Assembly: GCA_003135935.1 (NCBI GenBank) | Contig: PNBI01000101.1 | Coordinates: forward strand, 1 to 60,370 | Direction of reading: 5' to 3' | DNA: 60,370 nucleotides | DNA from: Methanomassiliicoccaceae archaeon | GTDB taxonomy: Archaea > Thermoplasmatota > Thermoplasmata > Methanomassiliicoccales > UBA472 | In this document: positions 54,561-60,370 of the stretch, in pieces | Layout of the letters: each line of letters begins with the position of its first letter | Position numbering within the stretch: position 1 is the stretch's first letter | The notes under the pieces: model-generated | The model's database searches: none | Told to the model about the DNA's origin: nothing | What the model saw: the letters and a program-made list of their open reading frames with translations, nothing else | Translations under genes and position numbers: made by a program

Positions 54561-56396
54561 ATGCGGCTATGGCGTGATGTGCTCATCAAGGCTCGGGGCG
54601 TCTCCAAATCGTTCGGACCTAAAGAAGTCCTCCGATCTGTTGATGTCGAAATAGCGCCGGGCGAGCGGTGGGTTTTGCTTGGGCCGAACGGCGCTGGCAA
54701 GTCGACTTTACTTAAGATCCTCATGGGTGAGATCAAGCCCGACCTTGGAGAGATAACAAAACAAACGGACAAGATCCAATATCTGCCGCAGTTCCAAGAA
54801 ATTGGAGAGACAACGGTCGAGGACGCATGCATTGATCCATGGGCTTCAGCGACGCAAAGGAGGTTGGAGAAACTGGAGGCGCTCATGGCGAACTCGGCGA
54901 GCATTGCGGAGCTCGACCTCGGCGATATAGCATCCGAATATGGCCAATTGCAAGAGGAACTGACTTCGCGAAGGACGCACGAGGTCGATGAAAAGAGAAG
55001 GGCCGCGCTCGAACGGGTCGGAATGTCGGAGCGCTCTGGTGATGACAAGATATCGGAGCTCAGCGGAGGAGAACGGACGCGAATCATGTTGGCAAGGGTC
55101 CTGATGCAAGCGGACGATGCCGACCTCATCATCTTAGACGAACCGACCAGTCATCTGGACATCGAGGCAGTGGAATCGCTCGAGGAGTACCTTTGCGGTT
55201 TTAACGGAGCAGTCCTAGTGGTCTCCCATGACCGGTACTTCATGGACCAGGTGGTCAATCGCGTCTGGGACCTGGACGAGGGGAAGGTCACCAGTTACCG
55301 AGGCAATTACACCGAATTCGCGGGAAAGAAGATGCTAGAGATCGAAAGGAAGAGAATTGCCAGCCAGAAAAATCAGACCGAGCGGGAGCGGATGCTGAAG
55401 ATCGCCGAGGAACAGCATCTGCGGCTGAGGTTCGCCCATACGCATAAGACCCGCTTGAAAATGGTAGATAGGATGGAGGACATTCAAGCCCCAACGGAGC
55501 AGAAGAGGATGTCGATCAATGTCCCAACGGTCGCGAAGTCTGGCAAGAACTTCGTGACATTGAAGCAGCTAGTTGTATTTCGCGGAAACAAAAAGGTGCT
55601 CGACGGCGTCGATCTGGACCTCACGGTCGGGGACAAGCTGGGAATCTTCGGCCCGAACGGCTCCGGGAAGACCACGCTCTTGAAAGCCTTGATCGGGGAG
55701 ATACCACATAAAGGCGAATTCTGGATTGCACCGGGCGCGAAGGTTGGCTATTTTGCTCAAGGGCACGACAACCTCGATGAGAAGCTAACCCCGGAGGAAC
55801 AGATGCTCGCGGCGGTGGGTGAGGAGGAGAAGGGGAAAGCCCGGAGCCTGCTTTCCAGATTCCAGTTATGCGCCGAGCACGTCGTTACCCCGATAGGCAA
55901 ATTGTCCGGAGGGGAGAGGGCCAGGGTTTCTTTGGCGCTCCTCATCAGCGAGAAGAGGAATCTTCTCCTGCTCGATGAGCCGACGAATTACCTTGACATC
56001 CTTTCGAGAGAGGCGGTCGAAGATGCGCTTCGCGAATACAAAGGAGTGATGATCCTGGTCACTCATGACCGCTATCTCTTGGATGCGGTCTGCAATAAGG
56101 TCGGGGAGCTTAGGGCAGGAAAGATCAGCGTCTTTAACGGCACCTATTCCCAATTGAAGGGCCAGATCGCCCATGAAACCACATTCTCAGATGCGAACGT
56201 CTATCGCGTCGTTTCCGGGTTCACCGAATGGACCACCAGGAAGAAGTATAGAGAAGGGGACAAGGTCGCGATCGCGCCGGCGGAGATCGAGATCTACAGG
56301 TGGGCATTGGATAATGGGAAGCTGAAACGCGTCCCTGGGAGGGAGGTCAAGCGAGTGAAACGCCTTCCCATGGAAGAAAGGAACGTTGAGAACTGA
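54561..56396 (+). CDS. ABC-F family ATPase (two tandem ABC domains, no TM domain)
   Basis: 611 aa. The first ABC domain has GPNGAGKSTLLK, LSGGERTRIMLA and ILDEPTSHLD. The second has GPNGSGKTTLLK, LSGGERARVSLA and LLDEPTNYLD. A basic, helical interdomain linker is present, plus a C-terminal extension of about 70 aa. Confidence 0.88.
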   Translation: MRLWRDVLIKARGVSKSFGPKEVLRSVDVEIAPGERWVLLGPNGAGKSTLLKILMGEIKPDLGEITKQTDKIQYLPQFQEIGETTVEDACIDPWASATQRRLEKLEALMANSASIAELDLGDIASEYGQLQEELTSRRTHEVDEKRRAALERVGMSERSGDDKISELSGGERTRIMLARVLMQADDADLIILDEPTSHLDIEAVESLEEYLCGFNGAVLVVSHDRYFMDQVVNRVWDLDEGKVTSYRGNYTEFAGKKMLEIERKRIASQKNQTERERMLKIAEEQHLRLRFAHTHKTRLKMVDRMEDIQAPTEQKRMSINVPTVAKSGKNFVTLKQLVVFRGNKKVLDGVDLDLTVGDKLGIFGPNGSGKTTLLKALIGEIPHKGEFWIAPGAKVGYFAQGHDNLDEKLTPEEQMLAAVGEEEKGKARSLLSRFQLCAEHVVTPIGKLSGGERARVSLALLISEKRNLLLLDEPTNYLDILSREAVEDALREYKGVMILVTHDRYLLDAVCNKVGELRAGKISVFNGTYSQLKGQIAHETTFSDANVYRVVSGFTEWTTRKKYREGDKVAIAPAEIEIYRWALDNGKLKRVPGREVKRVKRLPMEERNVEN

Positions 56397-56483
56397 TTGG
56401 CATATCTCGTTACTCGTTCGACTTGCTTTGTGAATTCTCTCTAGAGGAAAAGGATAAGTCCCGGCATCTCCTGTTCGACGATT

Positions 56484-57341
56484 ATGGGCCGCCTGACCCC
56501 GCTTTACAGCGCACTCTTCAAGCGCTCCTTTGACAAGCGGTTTCGAATGGCCAAAATGACGCGACTCCCGGTACTCGGCCGAGCCATGGAATTCGCGTTC
56601 TTCGAGAACGACGACATCATCATTCTTCCGAAGGACGAGGTCGCCAAAGCGTCGCTTGAGAAGAAGCGAACGATAATGATGGGCAAACCGGTCGAGCCAA
56701 GCAGCATCATGCTGCCCTCGAAGGTAATCGAACACTTCATCTCGATTTCTCGCTACATCTTCTTAATGGACCACTGTATGTGCAGAAATTCTAGCGGATG
56801 CAAGGACTATCCCGCCGACCTAGGGTGCATCTTCTTGGGGCGGGGGACTCTAAAGATACCTGAGAGCATGGGCCATATGGTCACGAGGGAAGAAGCGCTC
56901 GATCACCTCCGTAAATGCCGGGAGGCTGGACTGGTCCATTTGATCGGCAGGGACAAGATCGACAGCGTCTGGCTTGGCACTGGCGGCAAGGAGAACCTGC
57001 TCTCGATCTGCAGTTGTTGCCCCTGCTGCTGCATATGGAAGATGCTCCCAGACCTGGCGGCCTCGATCAGCGCGACGGTGACCAGGATGCCCGGCGTCCT
57101 GGTGAAAGTTGAGGCGGAGCAATGTAGCGGTTGCGGGGCTTGCGTGAAGAAGGGGATCTGTTACCTGAATGCCATCCAACTAATGGACGGGAAGGCCGAC
57201 ATAGGCGAAGGGTGTCGAGGCTGCGGCAGATGTGTTGAGTTTTGCCCCAGCAATGCGATAAGGCTGCATATCGAGAATAGCGATTTTCTGATCGCAGCTA
57301 TCAAACGAATCGAGCCTCTGGTGGATGTGGTGTCCGAATGA
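56484..57341 (+). CDS. 4Fe-4S dicluster domain protein
   Basis: 285 aa with CSGCGACVKKGIC and CRGCGRCVEFCP, plus the upstream Cys-rich segment CSCCPCCC. Confidence 0.65.
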   Translation: MGRLTPLYSALFKRSFDKRFRMAKMTRLPVLGRAMEFAFFENDDIIILPKDEVAKASLEKKRTIMMGKPVEPSSIMLPSKVIEHFISISRYIFLMDHCMCRNSSGCKDYPADLGCIFLGRGTLKIPESMGHMVTREEALDHLRKCREAGLVHLIGRDKIDSVWLGTGGKENLLSICSCCPCCCIWKMLPDLAASISATVTRMPGVLVKVEAEQCSGCGACVKKGICYLNAIQLMDGKADIGEGCRGCGRCVEFCPSNAIRLHIENSDFLIAAIKRIEPLVDVVSE

Positions 57342-57351
57342 GAGTGCGCCA

Positions 57352-57726
57352 ATGAAATGTCAGCAGTGCGCCAAATGTTGCGAGGAGACGCTCATGGAGC
57401 TGTCTGTCAAGGACTTGCAACGCCTTGAGCAATCTGGCTATCATAGGGAGGAGATTGCGGAGAAAGGGGCGGACGGGATCTGGAGGCTGCGCAATGTGGA
57501 AGGGCATTGCGTCTTCCTCGAGCCGAAGGAAAGGAGATGCACGGTCTACATCATGAGGCCACTTGGCTGCTACATTTACCCACTGAACCTCAGTCCAGAT
57601 GGCGTCCTAGTTGTTGACTCAATTTGCCCGGCTGGCGAGTCAATGACCGCAGATGAGAGGAAGAAGAAGGCCGCTTTGCTTCGCCGCCATCTCCGCGAGA
57701 TCGATTCGCAAGCAAGGCTCAAATGA
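57352..57726 (+). CDS. YkgJ-family cysteine-cluster protein (UPF0153)
   Basis: MKCQQCAKCCEE carries the CxxCxxCC motif. The internal Met was chosen as start; the track ORF starts at 57325. Confidence 0.7.
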   Translation: MKCQQCAKCCEETLMELSVKDLQRLEQSGYHREEIAEKGADGIWRLRNVEGHCVFLEPKERRCTVYIMRPLGCYIYPLNLSPDGVLVVDSICPAGESMTADERKKKAALLRRHLREIDSQARLK

Positions 57727-57734
57727 TCTTGCGA

Positions 57735-58244
57735 TCACCACTTATTATAATGCACCCTCTGTTCCTGATAACGGTCCTGCGCCGCCACAGTCTTGGCTGG
57801 ATGTCCGATAACTACCAGGCCGAGGGGGATAACGTTCTCGGGCAGGCCGAACAGTTTCTGTAATCCTGCCACTCTGTCCGGCATCGGATGGGCTCCGGTC
57901 CATACCGCACCAAGACCCTTTTCATGGGCGGCAAGCAACAGGCACATGATAGCTGCCGAGCCGTCCTGCACCCAGAACCCGGGATACTTCTCTTTGGTCG
58001 TATCTCCGCAGACCAGGATGGCCAGCCTCGCCTGCTTGCACATTGCCGCATATGGGCTCACGCTCGGGATCTGGTCTAGCGTGCTTCTGTCATCGACAAC
58101 GACGAATTGCCACGGCTGCCCATTCCCCGCAGAGGGGGCGCTCATCGCCGCTCGCAACAGCTCATTGATCATTTCTGAAGAGACAGTTTCATCCGTATAT
58201 TGGCGAATGCTCCTTCGCGTGCGTATGGCTTCTAGGGTGTTCAT
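57735..58244 (-). CDS. nitroreductase family protein
   Basis: 169 aa with RRSIRQY, PSAGNGQPW and a typical length. Confidence 0.85.
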   Translation of the reverse strand: MNTLEAIRTRRSIRQYTDETVSSEMINELLRAAMSAPSAGNGQPWQFVVVDDRSTLDQIPSVSPYAAMCKQARLAILVCGDTTKEKYPGFWVQDGSAAIMCLLLAAHEKGLGAVWTGAHPMPDRVAGLQKLFGLPENVIPLGLVVIGHPAKTVAAQDRYQEQRVHYNKW

Positions 58245-58342
58245 TCTCGACCTCTATGGTTTAAGTCAACCACTGATAGTAAATCCTATCGCATCTTCGA
58301 TAGCACAGCCTTTTTCTACCTGGTTCTAGCCTTAACAAGCAA

Positions 58343-59422
58343 ATGCTTCGCTGCATCAAGTGCGGAACGGAGTACACTAATTTCCGGTATCGGTGCAGCC
58401 GATGCTCAAACGTGCTGATCTATCATAATGAAGGAATGAAATGGCAGCCCTCGGGCATTGGCGTCTGGCGCTATCAGTCGATGCTGCCGGTAAAGAAGAG
58501 GGTATCGATGTCGGAAGGCGGTACGCCATTGATCCGTCGCAGGGACGTCAAGGAACATGTATACCTCAAGTTGGAAGGTGACAATCCAACCGGTTCGTTC
58601 AAGGACCGGGGGACGACGGTCGCCATCTCCGATGCCATTGCCAAAGGCTACCGGACCGTTTCAGTGGCTTCGACTGGCAATATGGGTGCAAGCGTCGCAG
58701 CCTATTGCGCCTATGCTAACCTCGAAGCCAGGGTCTTCATCCCTCAAGACGTTCCTCGGGAGAAGATCTCCCAGATAGAAGCTTATGGCGCTAATCTGAT
58801 CCGGGTGGATGGTCCATTCAGCAAGGCGGTAGAACGGTCGATCGAGGAAATGGAGAGAGACCACAATCACGTCTATCTCGCATCCACTGGCCTCAATCCT
58901 CTATTCCTTGAAGGCCTAAAGACCGTTGGATTCGAAATATTCGAGTCGATCGGGGTGCCAGATCGAATAGTTGTACCTTCTGGGACCGGGGGCATGCTGA
59001 CCTCCATTTTCAAAGCATTCGAGGAATTGAAATCGCTAGGCATAGTGAACAAGCTGCCCCGAATGGTAGCGGTGCAGGCAGAGGACTGCTCTCCAATAGT
59101 CAATGCCTGGCGGACAGGGGGAGAGGTCATCCCCCAGGAACAATGCCGGACCGTGGCTTCTGCGATAATGGTGAAGGTCCCGTTCAACGCTTACTCGGCC
59201 CTGGATGCCATAAGGCGATCGGGGGGCGAGGCCATTTCTGTGACCGATGAGGCGATAATCGGTGCGAGCAAGGTTCTCGGGAAGGAAGGCGTGTTCGCAG
59301 AACCAGCTTCCGCAGCTGCCGCGGCAGCGATGCAATCTATGAAGACAGAGAAGGACGAAAAGGTCGTCCTAATGATAACAGGATCGGGGCTAAAAGACCC
59401 AAATGCCCAATTCAGGGATTAG
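58343..59422 (+). CDS. thrC: threonine synthase (archaeal type with N-terminal zinc ribbon)
   Basis: 359 aa with CIKCG...CSRC, then NPTGSFKDRG (the PLP-binding Lys) and ASTGNMGAS. Confidence 0.88.
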   Translation: MLRCIKCGTEYTNFRYRCSRCSNVLIYHNEGMKWQPSGIGVWRYQSMLPVKKRVSMSEGGTPLIRRRDVKEHVYLKLEGDNPTGSFKDRGTTVAISDAIAKGYRTVSVASTGNMGASVAAYCAYANLEARVFIPQDVPREKISQIEAYGANLIRVDGPFSKAVERSIEEMERDHNHVYLASTGLNPLFLEGLKTVGFEIFESIGVPDRIVVPSGTGGMLTSIFKAFEELKSLGIVNKLPRMVAVQAEDCSPIVNAWRTGGEVIPQEQCRTVASAIMVKVPFNAYSALDAIRRSGGEAISVTDEAIIGASKVLGKEGVFAEPASAAAAAAMQSMKTEKDEKVVLMITGSGLKDPNAQFRD

Positions 59423-60370
59423 GGTTCGTCTCAAGCTTGCCTTGCTCCTGGGGCGGCTCGAATGCTTTTGCTCCCTTCAACATCATTTTTCTGACTGTTG
59501 GATTCAAGAGGTTCGAGAAGACGACCCTCCTTGCCGTTTTGTTCTTGGCAAGTATCCACAAGATGTCTGCGATCCCGTCCTTGCTCCACCACCCTTTGAG
59601 CCAATCGGCATAAGCCTCACTCACGAAAGCCTCCAGCTCGTCCTTTCCGAAGCCATCCTTACTGTATTCGTAGATACGATGATTCCTTTTCCAGTCGTCC
59701 TTTCCGACCAGGTTGTTCTTTTCGAGGTCCTCCCAGATGCTTGTCCCAATAAGGCAGTCCAGAACATTCACCTGTACTGCGTGGGGACGGGAGGAGCGGA
59801 TGAAGTCAAGAGTCCGTTGGACGGCTTCCTTGGTCTCCACCGGTGCCCCGATGATGTAAGATGTCACGACAAGCATGCCAGCCTTCTTGGCGTTGGCCAC
59901 AGCCAATCTGGTCTTCTGCGGATTGATGTGCTTCTTGTAATACTCGAGGACTTTGTCATCCGCGCTCTCGGCCCCGAAGTAAATGACGTTGATACCAGCC
60001 CGCTTCATCTTTCTCATGAGCTCATAGCTTGCTCCATCGACTCTGCCCTCGCAATAGAATTGCATATCGATCTTGCGCTCGATAATGAGGTCGCAGATTT
60101 GCTCAGTTCGTTTCGGATTATGGGTAAAATTATCGTCCACAATCACGCAATTCTTATACCCCTGGCCATGAACGGTTTCCAACTCCTCAACAACGCTCTC
60201 GGCGGATCGCGGTCTCCATTTCCTCAGGGAGAAGGCTGCACACGAGCAATAGGTGCAACGGAACGGGCAACCCCTGGAGGTGGAAAGCGTCGTGAACTTG
60301 CCGAAGGTGAGCGGGATGCCTTGGAAAGAGTATCCGTAATCGATGCCAGACACCATATTCCGGTCAGGGA
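59412..60370 (-). CDS. radical SAM protein, probably B12-binding class; 5' end lies beyond the window
   Basis: TSRGCPFRCTYCS is the CxxxCxxC motif. The reading frame stays open to the window edge. The 3' end overlaps thrC by 11 nt (convergent). Confidence 0.75.
   Translation of the reverse strand, partial: PDRNMVSGIDYGYSFQGIPLTFGKFTTLSTSRGCPFRCTYCSCAAFSLRKWRPRSAESVVEELETVHGQGYKNCVIVDDNFTHNPKRTEQICDLIIERKIDMQFYCEGRVDGASYELMRKMKRAGINVIYFGAESADDKVLEYYKKHINPQKTRLAVANAKKAGMLVVTSYIIGAPVETKEAVQRTLDFIRSSRPHAVQVNVLDCLIGTSIWEDLEKNNLVGKDDWKRNHRIYEYSKDGFGKDELEAFVSEAYADWLKGWWSKDGIADILWILAKNKTARRVVFSNLLNPTVRKMMLKGAKAFEPPQEQGKLETNPNP

Noticed and set aside
1-60370. I scanned both strands by eye for tRNA T-loop/acceptor patterns (GGTTCGAATCC-like), rRNA, CRISPR repeat-spacer periodicity, IS terminal inverted repeats and integrase or transposase motifs.
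   Set aside because: Nothing convincing was found. The few GGTTC(A/G)A matches fall inside coding regions and lack cloverleaf context. Negative results from visual scanning are weak, and tRNAscan-SE, Infernal, CRISPRCasFinder and ISEScan should be run.

Overview
The window looks like a gene-dense segment of an archaeal chromosome, probably from the Thermoplasmata or a related euryarchaeal lineage. The lineage call is inference, based on four observations. AT-rich TATA-like boxes sit 25-31 nt upstream of several start codons, which suggests leaderless transcripts. GAGGTGA-type Shine-Dalgarno sites sit 5 nt upstream of internal or small genes. There is a class-III (pilin-type) signal peptide protein, and there is a C-terminally anchored surface protein rich in N-x-S/T sequons.

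I recognised no rRNA, tRNA, CRISPR array, transposase or integrase. About 70 protein genes are supportable.

- **Housekeeping and metabolism:** citrate synthase, threonine synthase, MgtA-type P-type ATPase, cardiolipin synthase, two ABC-2 exporter pairs, an MFS/DHA2 transporter, SDRs, nitroreductase, flavodoxin, a VOC protein, a CDGSH protein, a DUF362/ferredoxin protein and an ABC-F ATPase.
- **Candidate novel system (7459-8591):** a two-gene cassette encoding a bare ~180-aa CHAT/caspase-like protease core followed by a PD-(D/E)xK-like protein.
- **ApeA-like HEPN gene (25779-27116):** it has an ApeA-type N-terminal region and an Rx4H motif.
- **Nucleotidyltransferase-kinase fusion (28750-30393):** it lies divergent from a wHTH-bPH-membrane operon.
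- **Lipid-like operon (12087-17996):** four translationally coupled genes encoding a pyruvyl transferase, a reductase-acyl-AMP ligase fusion, an ATC-hydrolase-like protein and a GMC oxidoreductase.
- **dsrH-dsrE-dsrF-tusA sulfur-relay cluster (35699-37024):** the tusA domain has no canonical start and lies in frame behind the dsrF TGA.
- **Surface protein (3692-7372):** 1226 aa with a BspA-type LRR region and 11 FN3 domains, including a DNA-level internal duplication.
- **Smaller observations:** a frameshifted cutA, a probable decayed zinc-ribbon gene, and two paralogous tiny Lys-rich proteins.

All family assignments rest on motif recognition by eye, with no database search. Coordinates follow the supplied ORF track wherever possible.
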